The translations under genes were made by a program, and so were the position numbers. From Alphaproteobacteria bacterium (GTDB lineage: Bacteria; Pseudomonadota; Alphaproteobacteria; UBA828), in the NCBI GenBank assembly GCA_965220745.1, contig CBDCQT010000013.1, positions 352,001 to 416,000 on the forward strand: a stretch of 64,000 bases of DNA. Direction: 5' to 3'. Under the pieces are notes generated by a model. That model was given only the letters and a program-made list of their open reading frames with translations, had not been told where the DNA came from and searched no databases. Every line of letters begins with the position of its first letter. Position 1 is the first letter of the stretch. Below are positions 48,192 through 58,200 of this stretch, piece after piece.

Positions 48192-48617
48192 GTGGCGCAG
48201 AAGCAAATTAAGCTCCCGAACAAGTACCGGCCAACGAGCCGGGAGGAGTTTATGTCGCCGCGGATGCGGGAGTATTTCCGGCGCAAGCTGGAAATGTGGC
48301 GGCAGGATATCCTCGACGAAACCGACGCAACCCTCGAGAAGCTCAGGCTCGATACCGCGCAGGAGCCCGATCTGGCGGATCGCGCCGCCGTCGAATCGGA
48401 ACGCTCGGTCCAGCTTCGCACTCGGGACCGGGCCCGCAAGCTCGTTTCGAAGATCGAAGCTGCGCTGCAGCGGATCGACGACGGCTCCTACGGCTATTGC
48501 GAGGAGACCGCCGAGCCCATCAGCATCCGCCGCCTAGAGGCTCGCCCCATCGCGACCCTCAGTGTCGAGGCGCAGGAGCGTCACGAGCGCCACGAGCGCA
48601 CCCACCGCGACGGCTGA
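48192..48617 (+). CDS. dksA: RNA polymerase-binding transcription factor DksA (alphaproteobacterial single-Cys type)
   Basis: EEFMSPRMREYFR, PDLADRA, LRTRDRARKL, GSYGYCEETAEPISIRRLEARPIATLSVEAQERHE. Confidence 0.95.
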   Translation: MAQKQIKLPNKYRPTSREEFMSPRMREYFRRKLEMWRQDILDETDATLEKLRLDTAQEPDLADRAAVESERSVQLRTRDRARKLVSKIEAALQRIDDGSYGYCEETAEPISIRRLEARPIATLSVEAQERHERHERTHRDG

Positions 48618-48760
48618 CCCGGTAGCACAGAGTTGGCGAGCGGGCTCGCGCGGCCCGCTCCAGCCATTTGACGGCCTCCGTATGGTCGTGAACCATTCCG
48701 ACACCCTCGGGGTGCATGAGCCCCCAGCGGGTATCGGGGCGACGCGTGAAGGGGCCCACC

Positions 48761-50485
48761 ATGAGTGAGCGGCCGACCGAGGATGTCGTGGCGATGAGCA
48801 TCCTCGAGGGCACGATGCTCTCCATCTGTCGGGAAATGGGCATCACCCTGATGAAGACGTCGTACTCGACGATCTTCAACGAGGCCCTCGACTTCACTTG
48901 TGTCCTCGCTGATGCGAAGGGCGACATGATCGCGGCGGCGGATTTCTGCCCGGCTCATATCGGCGGCATGCCAGTCGTCATCAAGAGCTGTGTGCGCGAG
49001 ATGGCGCGCGAGGGGCTCGCCGAGGGCGATGTCATCATGCACAACGACCCCTACCGGGGCGGCCTGCACACGCCTGACCACACCTTCTTCATGCCGTTCT
49101 TCGTGGACGGCGAGTTGATGGGCTACGCCGTCTCCATCGGTCATGTGGCAGAGATCGGCGGCATGGTGCCCGGCAGCTTTGCCAGCGAAGGCACGGAAAT
49201 CTTTCACGAAGGCATGCGTGTGCCGCCGGTCCACATCAAGCGGCGCGGCGAGGATGTCGAGGAAGTCTGGAAGCTCGTCCTCGCGAATGTGCGCACGCCG
49301 CGTCACAACTACGGCGACTACCGCGCAATGATCAGCGCCTGCGAGATCGGCGCAAGCCGCATGAGCGCGCTGATCGAGAAATACGGCAAGGCGCGCTTCT
49401 CCGCGCTGACCGACGCGCTCATCCGCTATTCCGAAGGCCGCATGCGCGCGGAGATCGCGGCTATCCCGGACGGGCGCTACAGCTTCGAGGACCACATGGA
49501 GGACGACGGCATCGAGGACCGGCCGCGCAGGGTCGCGGTCGATGTCTTCGTGCAGGGAGACGAGCTGGTCGCCGATTTCGCACGCAGCGACCCGCAAGCG
49601 CGCGGTGCGATCAACGCCACCCTCGGAGTCACCTGGTCGGCCACCTTCAACGCCATGCTCCACGTCACCGACCCGTCGATCCCGCGCAATGCCGGGTGCT
49701 ATCGCCCCATCCGCGTTCTCGCGCGCCCCGGCAGCGTCGCCAATGTGGACTATCCCGCGCCAGAGGTCGGCGGCAACACCGAGACCCATCTCAGGCTCTG
49801 CTACGCCGTCATCGCCGCGCTATCGGAGCGCGTGCCAGAGCGGACGTTTGCCCCCGACGCGGGCACCCATTGCAATTTCCTGTTCGGCGGTCAGCACCCT
49901 GCGACCAGCGAATACTACGTATGCTACGACTTCATGATCGGCGGCTGGGGCGGGCGCCCGTTCGCCGACGGCCACGACACCTGCAATTGCATCAACGGCA
50001 ACTGCCGCACCGTACCCGTCGAGGTCTACGAGACGCGCTTTCCGTGGCTGGTGGAGACCCTTTCCCTGGTTGAAGATTCCGGCGGTCCCGGCCGTTACAG
50101 AGGCGGCCTCGGCAGCACCAAGACCCTCGTCTGCCAGGCCGACGAGATCACGATCAGCCACATGGGGGACCGCCATCGGACCGGGCCGTGGGGGCTGCTG
50201 GGCGGAGGAGAGGGAGGAGCCGCCTCGCTCCTCGTCCGGCGAGCGAATTCAGAGAGCTGGCAGGACGCGTGCGCGGCCTGGGGCAAAGTCTCGCCGTCGA
50301 AGTTCGCCAATGTGGCGATCCGGCGCGGCGACCGGGTGCGACTCACGACCTGCGGCGGCGGCGGGTACGGCAAGCCGGGTACGAGAGCGCCCGAAATGGT
50401 CGCGGAGGATCTCCGTGAGGGCTATGTCTCCGCTGCAGCTGCGGCGCGCTACGACTACGACCCAGAGAAGAGCGGGGCAGAGTAG
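48761..50485 (+). CDS. Hydantoinase B / oxoprolinase family protein
   Basis: EMGITLMKTSYSTIFNEALDF, NDPYRGGLHTPD, H..EIGG, PVEVYE, DSGGPGRYRGG, GGGGYG. Confidence 0.92.
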   Translation: MSERPTEDVVAMSILEGTMLSICREMGITLMKTSYSTIFNEALDFTCVLADAKGDMIAAADFCPAHIGGMPVVIKSCVREMAREGLAEGDVIMHNDPYRGGLHTPDHTFFMPFFVDGELMGYAVSIGHVAEIGGMVPGSFASEGTEIFHEGMRVPPVHIKRRGEDVEEVWKLVLANVRTPRHNYGDYRAMISACEIGASRMSALIEKYGKARFSALTDALIRYSEGRMRAEIAAIPDGRYSFEDHMEDDGIEDRPRRVAVDVFVQGDELVADFARSDPQARGAINATLGVTWSATFNAMLHVTDPSIPRNAGCYRPIRVLARPGSVANVDYPAPEVGGNTETHLRLCYAVIAALSERVPERTFAPDAGTHCNFLFGGQHPATSEYYVCYDFMIGGWGGRPFADGHDTCNCINGNCRTVPVEVYETRFPWLVETLSLVEDSGGPGRYRGGLGSTKTLVCQADEITISHMGDRHRTGPWGLLGGGEGGAASLLVRRANSESWQDACAAWGKVSPSKFANVAIRRGDRVRLTTCGGGGYGKPGTRAPEMVAEDLREGYVSAAAAARYDYDPEKSGAE

Positions 50486-51183
50486 GGGGGAGGGCCGCCC
50501 TCGTCCGCCGCGCGCTCCAGGCACCGGCGGTCTCGGATGATGACGCCGGCGAAGGGGCGCACGATCTCGATGGTGCCATCCCGCACCAGCTCGGCGAGAG
50601 TCCGGCTCACCGTCTCGGAGGCGAGACCCAGATAATCGCCGATCTCGAGCTGGCTCATCGGCAGCGGAACGATCCGCCGCCCGTCCTTGTCGTGCAGCCC
50701 GACGCGGCCGTCGCATTCCAGGAGGAAGCCAGCGAGTCGCTCTCGCGCCGTCTTGCGCCCGAGCCACAAGAGCCGCTCCTGTGCGGCCGAGAGTTCCCGG
50801 TGCAAGGCGTCGAGCAGGCTCTCGCGCAGAGCCGGCGCCGATGCCGCGAGCTCTCTCAGCCGGGCTTGCGGGACGGAACGGACGCTGGCCCGATCGATCG
50901 CCTCGGCGCTGTAGGCATAACGTTCGCCCACCGTGAGCCCCACCAGATCACCGGGGAAGAAGAACGTGATGATCTGCCGTCTCCCGTCCGCCGTCGCCTT
51001 GTAGCCGGCGATGGTGCCTCTCAGCACCCGATGGAAGCGATCGGCGGAATCGCCTTCGAGCGCCAGCGATTCATGCGGCACCAGATGCTTGATGACGCCA
51101 ATTCCATCGAGCCGGTCGAACCCGGCGGGCGGCTCCCCGGCAGCGGCCGGATGCACCGCCCGATTCCTAGCGGCAACGCTCAT
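50455..51183 (-). CDS. fixK: Crp/Fnr-family regulator, FixK-like
   Basis: ADGRRQIITFFFPGD, LGRKTARERLAGFLL, IGDYLGLASETVSR recognition helix; no N-terminal Cys cluster; next to fixLJ. Confidence 0.8.
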   Translation of the reverse strand: MSVAARNRAVHPAAAGEPPAGFDRLDGIGVIKHLVPHESLALEGDSADRFHRVLRGTIAGYKATADGRRQIITFFFPGDLVGLTVGERYAYSAEAIDRASVRSVPQARLRELAASAPALRESLLDALHRELSAAQERLLWLGRKTARERLAGFLLECDGRVGLHDKDGRRIVPLPMSQLEIGDYLGLASETVSRTLAELVRDGTIEIVRPFAGVIIRDRRCLERAADEGGPPPYSAPLFSGS

Positions 51184-51347
51184 GGTGATCTTCCCTTCCC
51201 GCAGCAGTTGCGGGCTTCCCGGATGGGTATTTCGTGGTTTTCGCGTGTCCACGCAATTGGGGTGGTTGCGTAAGGAATTCTCCCTACGGGGCAGCACGAA
51301 TGGCATCCGGTGGCGGCGGGCGGCGCGCCGTTATGCGCCGCGGGCGA

Positions 51348-51974
51348 TCAGATGTCGCCCATATCCACCTGCGCGATCATGGCCATACGGACCAGGTGCG
51401 AGAGGCTCGGCGCCTGCAATTTCTCCATGACCCGCGCGCGATGCACCTCGACGGTGCGCGGACTGATGCCGAGTTCGCGAGCGATGACCTTGTTGGCGCT
51501 GCCTCGGGCGAGCCGCTCGAAGACCTCACGCTCCCGCGCGGTGAGCCGATCCAGCCGCCGGTCCACGTCGAGGCGTCGCGCCTCGCGGCTCAGCGTCTCC
51601 TCCCGCAATGCCAGAGCCTGCGCGATGCCGTCGAGGATGGTGCGGTCCGTAAACGGCTTTTCGACGAAATCGACGGCACCCGCCTTGATCGTTTTCACTG
51701 CCATCGCGATGTCGCCGTGGCCGGTGATGATGATGACTGGTAGCGCCGGCGCGACGTCCGTCAGACGCTGCTGCAGCTCCAGCCCGTCCATTTCCGGCAT
51801 CCGCACGTCGACGAGAGCGCAGGCAGGCAAGGCCTGGGGCAGGGCGTTCAGGAAAGCCCGCCCCGAGTCATAGGTGTCGACGTCGTAGCCGGCGGCCTCC
51901 AGCAGCGCACTCAGGGAATCGCGCACCGCATCGTCGTCGTCGATGACGGCGACGGCCTCGGCCCGGTCATTCAT
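51348..51974 (-). CDS. fixJ: Response regulator FixJ
   Basis: IDDDDAVRDSL, DVRMPEMDG, ITGHGDIAMAVKTIKAGAVDFVEKPF, LuxR HTH NKVIARELGISPRTVEVHRARVMEK. Confidence 0.92.
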   Translation of the reverse strand: MNDRAEAVAVIDDDDAVRDSLSALLEAAGYDVDTYDSGRAFLNALPQALPACALVDVRMPEMDGLELQQRLTDVAPALPVIIITGHGDIAMAVKTIKAGAVDFVEKPFTDRTILDGIAQALALREETLSREARRLDVDRRLDRLTAREREVFERLARGSANKVIARELGISPRTVEVHRARVMEKLQAPSLSHLVRMAMIAQVDMGDI

Positions 51975-53115
51975 TGGCCCCGTCCCCGACCGGCAGCAGG
52001 AAGTGGAAGGCGGCGCCGCCCTCCGGCGCGTTCTCGGCCCAGAGCCGCCCGCCGTGGGCATCGATGATCGTGCGGCTGATGGCGAGGCCGATCCCCAGGC
52101 CATCCGCCTTGGTGGTCTGGAAGGGGCGGAACGGATTGTCCTCGACGCCCGGCGCAAGGCCAGGGCCGTTGTCCTTGATATCGACTTGGATTTGCCGGGG
52201 GCTGGCTGCCCAGGTCGCGATGCGAATCTTTCGCTCCCCCGGCCCCTCGAACGCCTCGATCGCGTTGCGCAGGATGTTGAGCACGACCTGCTGAACTTCG
52301 ATGCGGTCGATCAGGACGGACGGCAGCGTATCATCCAAGGAGAAGATCAACTCGATGTCGCGGTCGCTCGCGCCGATCAGGGCCAGCGCCGCCGCCTCCT
52401 CGACGATCGCATTGATCGGCTCCAGGCGGCGCACGCTCTCATCCTTCTTGATGAAGCCTCGCAGCCGCTTGATGATCTCTGCAGCTCGCTCGGCCTGCTG
52501 CCCGGCCTTGTCCACGAGATCGGCGATGGGCGTGGGATCCACTTCATCGCGATCAAGTCGCCTTCGCGCCGCCCGTGTGTAGTTCATGACAGCCGTGAGC
52601 GGCTGGTTCAGCTCATGCGCGATGCCCGACGCCATTTCCCCCATGGCGGAAAGCCGCGAGGCATGCATGAGTTCCTGCTGGAGGATGCCGGCGCGGCGCT
52701 GAATGTTCTCCCGCTCGGTGACGTCGTGGAGAAACCCGGTGAAGAGCCGCCCCTGATCGAGCTCGATTTCGCCGATCGCGAGGCGCGCCGGGAACGTGGT
52801 ACCGTCCTTGCGCCTGCCGACCACGACGCGACCAATGCCGATCACGCGCTTCTCGCTGGTCTCGCGGTAGCGCGCCAGGTGGGAGTCGTGGGCTTCCCGA
52901 TGAGGCGAGGGCATCAGCATCTTGACGTTCTGGCCGACGAGCTCGGCGCTGGAATAACCGAAGAGGCGTTCCGCCGCCGGGTTGACCGTATCGATGACGC
53001 CGCTCTCGTCGATGATGACAATGGCGTCCGGGGCGGTCCGGGTGATCGAGCGCAGGCGTTCTTCGCGTTCCCGCGCTGCGGCGATAGCGGAGGCGCTGCT
53101 CCCCGAATCCGCCAT
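51967..53115 (-). CDS. fixL: Heme-PAS sensor histidine kinase FixL (soluble)
   Basis: NVKMLMPSPHREAHDSHLARYRETSEKRVIGIGRVVVGRRKDGTTFP heme-PAS; GEMASGIAHELNQPL H-box; DNGPG, GLGIGLAI. Confidence 0.9.
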   Translation of the reverse strand: MADSGSSASAIAAAREREERLRSITRTAPDAIVIIDESGVIDTVNPAAERLFGYSSAELVGQNVKMLMPSPHREAHDSHLARYRETSEKRVIGIGRVVVGRRKDGTTFPARLAIGEIELDQGRLFTGFLHDVTERENIQRRAGILQQELMHASRLSAMGEMASGIAHELNQPLTAVMNYTRAARRRLDRDEVDPTPIADLVDKAGQQAERAAEIIKRLRGFIKKDESVRRLEPINAIVEEAAALALIGASDRDIELIFSLDDTLPSVLIDRIEVQQVVLNILRNAIEAFEGPGERKIRIATWAASPRQIQVDIKDNGPGLAPGVEDNPFRPFQTTKADGLGIGLAISRTIIDAHGGRLWAENAPEGGAAFHFLLPVGDGANE

Positions 53116-53137
53116 TCGCCCGCCTGGTCCCGCCCGC

Positions 53138-53704
53138 TCAATCCAGGTGCTTGCGGATGATCTCCGCCATCTTTTCCGGCCCCTGGCCGAAAACGAAGTG
53201 GGTCAGATAGTCGCCGTCGGGGTCCATGAAATAGATGTAGGACGTGTGATCGACCAGATAGGCGCCGTCTTCGTCCGGCTCGTTGAGCCGATAGAAGACG
53301 CGGTAGGCCTTGGCCGCGGCGTGGATTTGCTCGTCGCTGCCCGTCAACCCGACCATGCGCGGGTGGAACGAGGGCACGTAGTCGGCCAGGTATTCGACCG
53401 TATCGCGCGCCGGATCGACCGTGACGAAGAGTGGCTGGACCTCGTCGCCGAGTTCGCCGAGCTCGTCCACGGCCTGGCCCATGATGAGCAGCTCCGTCGG
53501 GCAGATGTCCGGGCAGTAGGCGTAGCCGAAATAGACCAGCAGGTAGCGGTCGTCGAAGCTCTCTTCGGTGACCGTCTGCCCAGTGTGGTCGACGAGCTCG
53601 AAGGGACCCCCGATGGAGGCGGCTTGCGCGGCCGGCACTCCGATCCACAAGGTTGCGCCGATGACGGCAGTAGCGGCGACAATCGTGCGGAACATGCGGT
53701 GCAT
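53138..53704 (-). CDS. SCO1/SenC copper chaperone
   Basis: GGPFELVD, YFGYAYCPDICP (CxxxC), TVDPARD, YLVDHTS. Confidence 0.92.
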   Translation of the reverse strand: MHRMFRTIVAATAVIGATLWIGVPAAQAASIGGPFELVDHTGQTVTEESFDDRYLLVYFGYAYCPDICPTELLIMGQAVDELGELGDEVQPLFVTVDPARDTVEYLADYVPSFHPRMVGLTGSDEQIHAAAKAYRVFYRLNEPDEDGAYLVDHTSYIYFMDPDGDYLTHFVFGQGPEKMAEIIRKHLD

Positions 53705-53822
53705 GGGCGTGCCCCTCTCGCTTCACTCGCCGTCCCCGTAATGTAGTGCGCCGCACCGCTTCGGTCGATGGCCGGGACGGAATACGGCTACACTCGCGAG
53801 AGGCAGTTATTGGGAGAGCCGG

Positions 53823-54698
53823 ATGAGCGGGGAGGCGATCTATCGAGGCTACGATCGGGCGGCGCTGGACGCGCAGTACAACAACCGCGCGCGCATCCCC
53901 GAGTACGTCGACTACTTCGACCGCTGGCTGGCGTGGAGCGCGGAGACCCGCGCGGCGCTGCCAGGCGGGCGGGACATCGCTTACGGCGATCTTCCGGTCG
54001 AGACCCTCGATATCTTTCCGGCGGAGCGGCATGACGCTCCGATCCTCATCATGATCCACGGCGGCTACTGGTATTCGCTCGACAAGCATCACGACAGCTT
54101 CGTGGCCGAGGGGTGCCGGCCCCACGGCGTGGCCACCGTCGTCATCAACTACGGCCTCGCCCCCGACTACCGCATGGACGAAATCGTGCGGCAGAACCGC
54201 GCCGCAGCCGCCTGGGTATGGCGCAATGCCGCGTCGATCGGGGGCGATCCGAGGCGCATCCACGCGCTCGGCCAGTCGGCAGGGGGACACCTCGCCGCCA
54301 TGCTGCTGGCGACAGACTGGCCTGCCTTCGGCGCCGGCCTGCCGGCCGATCTCGTCAAGAGCGCGGTCTCGATCTCGGGCATCTATGACCTGGAGCCCAT
54401 CCGCCTCTGCTACCTCAATGACAAGGTCGGCATGGACGACGCCGAGGCGCGGCGCAACAGCCCGGTGGCGCAGCGCTATCCGGTGGCGGCGCCGCTGATG
54501 CTGGTCTCGGGCGACATCGAATCGAAGGAATACGAGCGCCAGGCCGCCGATATGGCAACGGTGTGGGAGAAGAACGGCTACCCGCTGAGCCGGCTGGAGC
54601 TACCCGGCTACAACCACTTCACCATGGCCGACCAGCTTCGAGAGCCCGACAGCGATCTGACGCGGGCGACGATGGCGCAGATGGGCGTGCCCTCCTGA
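53823..54698 (+). CDS. Alpha/beta hydrolase (kynurenine formamidase-like)
   Basis: LDAQYNNR, IHGGYW, GQSAGGHL nucleophile elbow, SGIYDLEP, NHF. Confidence 0.85.
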   Translation: MSGEAIYRGYDRAALDAQYNNRARIPEYVDYFDRWLAWSAETRAALPGGRDIAYGDLPVETLDIFPAERHDAPILIMIHGGYWYSLDKHHDSFVAEGCRPHGVATVVINYGLAPDYRMDEIVRQNRAAAAWVWRNAASIGGDPRRIHALGQSAGGHLAAMLLATDWPAFGAGLPADLVKSAVSISGIYDLEPIRLCYLNDKVGMDDAEARRNSPVAQRYPVAAPLMLVSGDIESKEYERQAADMATVWEKNGYPLSRLELPGYNHFTMADQLREPDSDLTRATMAQMGVPS

Positions 54699-54701
54699 AC
54701 C

Positions 54702-55688
54702 TCAGTCCATCGTGAGCACGGCGGCGCCCTGAAGCTGGCCCGCGCGCAGGCGATCCAGGGCGGTGTTGGCCTCGGCAAGCGGCATGGGCTCGATGTGCAT
54801 CTCGATCGCTGTCTTCGCGGCGAGCGTCAAAAAATCCTCGCCGTCGCGTCGCGTGAGGTTGGCGACCGAGACGATGCGCCGTTCCCGCCACAGAAGCTCG
54901 TAGGGGAACGAGGGAATGTCGCTCATGTGGATGCCGGCGCTCACCACGGTGCCGCCTGGCGCGATGGCGCGGAGCGCAGCCGGCACCAGGGCGCCCACGG
55001 GTGCGAAGAGCAGTGCGGCGTCCAACTCCTCCGGCGGTGCCTCGTCCGATGCACCGGCCCATTCGGCGCCGAGGCCGCGGGCGAAGTCGATTGCCGCCCG
55101 ATCGCCCGGCCGGACGAAGGCGAACACGCGGCGGCCCTGAGACCTTGCCACCTGGGCGATGATGTGCGCCGCCGCGCCGAAGCCGTAGAGGCCGAGGCGC
55201 TCGGCATCGCCTGCCATCGCGAGCGCGCGGTAGCCGATCAGTCCGGCGCAGAGCAGCGGCGCCGAGTGCGCGTCGTCGCGCTCGCTCGGCAGGGGGAAGC
55301 AGTAGCGCTCGTCGGCGATGCAGTAGTCGCCGTAGCCGCCGTCCAGGGTGTAGCCGGTGAAGCGCGCGTCCGGGCACAGGTTCTCCCGGCGGCTCCGGCA
55401 ATAGCGACAGGTGCCGCAGGTCCAGCCGAGCCACGGGATGCCGACGCGCTCCCCCTCGGCGAAGCGATCGACGCCCGCGCCGAGCGCCGCGATCCGGCCC
55501 ACGATTTCATGCCCCGGCACGACCGGCAGGCGGGGCTCGGTCAGGTCGCCGTCCACCACGTGGAGATCGGTGCGGCAGACCCCGCAGGCCGAAACCCGGA
55601 CCAAAACCTCGCCCGCGCCGGGCTCGGGCACTGGCCGCTCTTCCAGGCTGAGCGCGGGGCTATTGCCGTGATAAACCATGGCGCGCAT
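54702..55688 (-). CDS. Zinc-dependent alcohol dehydrogenase (AdhP-like)
   Basis: [44 protein letters not shown]. Confidence 0.92.
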   Translation of the reverse strand: MRAMVYHGNSPALSLEERPVPEPGAGEVLVRVSACGVCRTDLHVVDGDLTEPRLPVVPGHEIVGRIAALGAGVDRFAEGERVGIPWLGWTCGTCRYCRSRRENLCPDARFTGYTLDGGYGDYCIADERYCFPLPSERDDAHSAPLLCAGLIGYRALAMAGDAERLGLYGFGAAAHIIAQVARSQGRRVFAFVRPGDRAAIDFARGLGAEWAGASDEAPPEELDAALLFAPVGALVPAALRAIAPGGTVVSAGIHMSDIPSFPYELLWRERRIVSVANLTRRDGEDFLTLAAKTAIEMHIEPMPLAEANTALDRLRAGQLQGAAVLTMD

Positions 55689-55713
55689 GGCAGCAGCCCC
55701 GGTCACCGCCGGT

Positions 55714-57753
55714 TCATGCCTCGGTGATTCTGAGGAAGCCCAGATCGTCCACCCGGACGCGCTGGCCGGGACAGACCAGGGTCGTCGACGACGGCTCTTC
55801 GACGATGACCGGGCCATCCGCCTCGAAGCCCGGCGGCAGCAGGTCGCGGTCGTAGACGCGGGTCTCGTGCCGGCCGTCCTCACCGAAATCGACCGTGCGC
55901 CCAATCCGCGCCCCCGCGTCCGCCGAGCGACCCTCCGCAGTCCAGGGTGTGAGCTCGGGCCGGGCGACATCGGCCGTTGCGGTGAGACGGAACGTGACCA
56001 GCTCGACCGGCGTCTCCGCGAGGCGGAAGGTGTAGGCGCGCTCGTGTGCGGCGTGGAACGCGTCGAGGATCGATTCGCGGCCCGCCCCATCGAGGTCGAT
56101 CGGGATTGTCACCGCGTGCTCCTGCCCGAAATAGCGCATGTCGAGATGGCAGGCGGTGGTGAACGTACCGCGCCCGCCTTCTGACCTGAAATAGCGCTCC
56201 GCTTCCTCGTGCAGCTCTGCAAAGAGCGCGCGCACATCCGCGATCTCGAGCGTATCCACACGCTGGAGCGCGGTGCGCAAGAAATCCCGGCGGGGCGCCG
56301 TCGCCAGCATGCCCCAGGCCGAGAAGAGGCCGGGATAGCGCGGTACCACGATCTCATTCACGCCGAGTTCGCGGCCGAGGCTCGCGCCGTGCATGGCGCC
56401 GCCGCCGCCACCCACCATCAGCGCGAAATCGTTGGGATCGTGGCCGCGCTGGATCGAGACCAGCTTGAGCGCGTTGATCATGTTGGCATCGACCAGGCGA
56501 ATCACGGCGACCGCCGCCTCGTCGACGCTGCAGCCCAGCCCGTCGGCGATCTTGCCCATGGCAGTCCGCGCCAGCCCAACATCGAGGGAGAATTGCCCGC
56601 CGGCGAAGTTTGCCGGGTTGAGCACGCCGGTGATGAGCTTGGCGTCGGTCACGGTGGGCTCGGTTCCGCCGCGACCGTAGCAGGCGGGCCCCGGATCGGC
56701 GCCGGCGCTGCGGGGGCCCACGCAGAGCGTGCCGCCTTCGTCGAACCAGGCGATGGAGCCGCCGCCCGCGCCGATCTCCACGATGTCGATCACCGGCACC
56801 CGCACCGGATAGCCGTAGCGGATGCGCGTCGCCTCCAGCCGGTAGTCGGTGGTGACCTTGGGCTCGCCGCCCTCGATGGTGGAGCACTTGGCGGTGGTGC
56901 CGCCGATGTCGAGATAGATCACGTCGGGCTCGTCGCAGAGCCGGCCGATCAGCGCGGCGCCGTTGACGCCCGCCGCCGGCCCGGATTCGAGCAGCGTGAT
57001 CGGGTGCTCCCTAGCCCAGCCGAAGCTCGTGGTCCCGCCGTTCGACTGCATCGCCATCATCGGGCAGTCGAGCCCGAGCCTGTCGATGCCGGCCTCCAGG
57101 GTGTCGAAGTAGCGCTGCACGATCGGCTGCACGTAGGCGTTGAGCACGGCTGTGTTGGCGCGTTCGTACTCGCGCCACTCCCGCGTGATCTCGTGGGAGG
57201 CGGTGATCGCGACACCGTTGAGACGCTCGCGCAAGTAGGCCGCCGTTTCCTCCTCGTGCGCGGGCGCGGCGTAGGAGTGGAGGAACTGGATGGCGATGGC
57301 CTCCACGCCCTGGGACCGGCACACCTCGACCACGCGGTCCAGGTCTTCGACATGCAGCGGCACGCGGACCCGCCCCTTGGCGTCGACCCGCTCGCGCACT
57401 TCGAAGCGCAGCCGGCGCGGCACGAAGGGGACCTCCTTGCGGTAGCGCAGGTTGTAGAGGTCGGGCCGGTTGCCGCGCGCGATCTCCAGCACGTCGCGAA
57501 AGCCCTCGGTGGTGACCAGCGCGGTCTTGGCGCCGGTCCGCTCGGTGATGGCGTTGATGACGGTCGTCCCGCCGTGAACGAAATAGTCCACAGCGTCGGC
57601 GTCGAGCTGCGCCTGGTCGATGGTGTCGAGCACGCCTCGCGTCAGGTCGTCCGGCGTGCTGAGCGACTTGGCGACGCTGAGCGCGCCGGTCTCCTCGTCG
57701 AAGTAGACGAGATCGGTGAAGGTCCCGCCGATGTCGGTCGCCAGTCGGCCCAC
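55714..57753 (-). CDS. Hydantoinase A / oxoprolinase family protein
   Basis: DIGGTFTD, HGGTTVINA, EYERANTAVLNAY, ESGPAAG, DIGGTT, IGAGGGSIA, SAGADPGPACYGRGG. Confidence 0.93.
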   Translation of the reverse strand: MGRLATDIGGTFTDLVYFDEETGALSVAKSLSTPDDLTRGVLDTIDQAQLDADAVDYFVHGGTTVINAITERTGAKTALVTTEGFRDVLEIARGNRPDLYNLRYRKEVPFVPRRLRFEVRERVDAKGRVRVPLHVEDLDRVVEVCRSQGVEAIAIQFLHSYAAPAHEEETAAYLRERLNGVAITASHEITREWREYERANTAVLNAYVQPIVQRYFDTLEAGIDRLGLDCPMMAMQSNGGTTSFGWAREHPITLLESGPAAGVNGAALIGRLCDEPDVIYLDIGGTTAKCSTIEGGEPKVTTDYRLEATRIRYGYPVRVPVIDIVEIGAGGGSIAWFDEGGTLCVGPRSAGADPGPACYGRGGTEPTVTDAKLITGVLNPANFAGGQFSLDVGLARTAMGKIADGLGCSVDEAAVAVIRLVDANMINALKLVSIQRGHDPNDFALMVGGGGGAMHGASLGRELGVNEIVVPRYPGLFSAWGMLATAPRRDFLRTALQRVDTLEIADVRALFAELHEEAERYFRSEGGRGTFTTACHLDMRYFGQEHAVTIPIDLDGAGRESILDAFHAAHERAYTFRLAETPVELVTFRLTATADVARPELTPWTAEGRSADAGARIGRTVDFGEDGRHETRVYDRDLLPPGFEADGPVIVEEPSSTTLVCPGQRVRVDDLGFLRITEA

Positions 57754-58200
57754 TGCGTTCTCCCTGCCTCGCGTCGGCGCCGATTATTCACCGCCGCAGG
57801 CGGGGGTCAAACGGGGCGACCCGCGGCGCCGGAACACCGTCTGTCATGCAACTGCAACACAGATGTCACAATTGACTCTCGGCGTTTCGGGAAGAATCGA
57901 CGTGTGAGTATGGCCGATGACCGGGAACCAGCTTGCGCGTGTCTCGACGCAATTCGATGCCAAACCGGCGGCTGCGGGAGATTGGGTTCGTTCTGTCGTT
58001 TCGCAAATCCATCATCTCGCCTTTCCGTCCTGATCCGATCGACAGGGTTCGCAGGTGTCTAACCCGGATTGCCCACGCTGTGCTCCGGTCCATGGTGCGG
58101 TCGCCGGATCTGCCGGGGGCAGGCCGGAATGTGCCGTGCAGGCCATGACATCGGGGAAGGTTCCGGGTTAAGCGCTGAACGAACGAGTCCGGGGGAGGGG

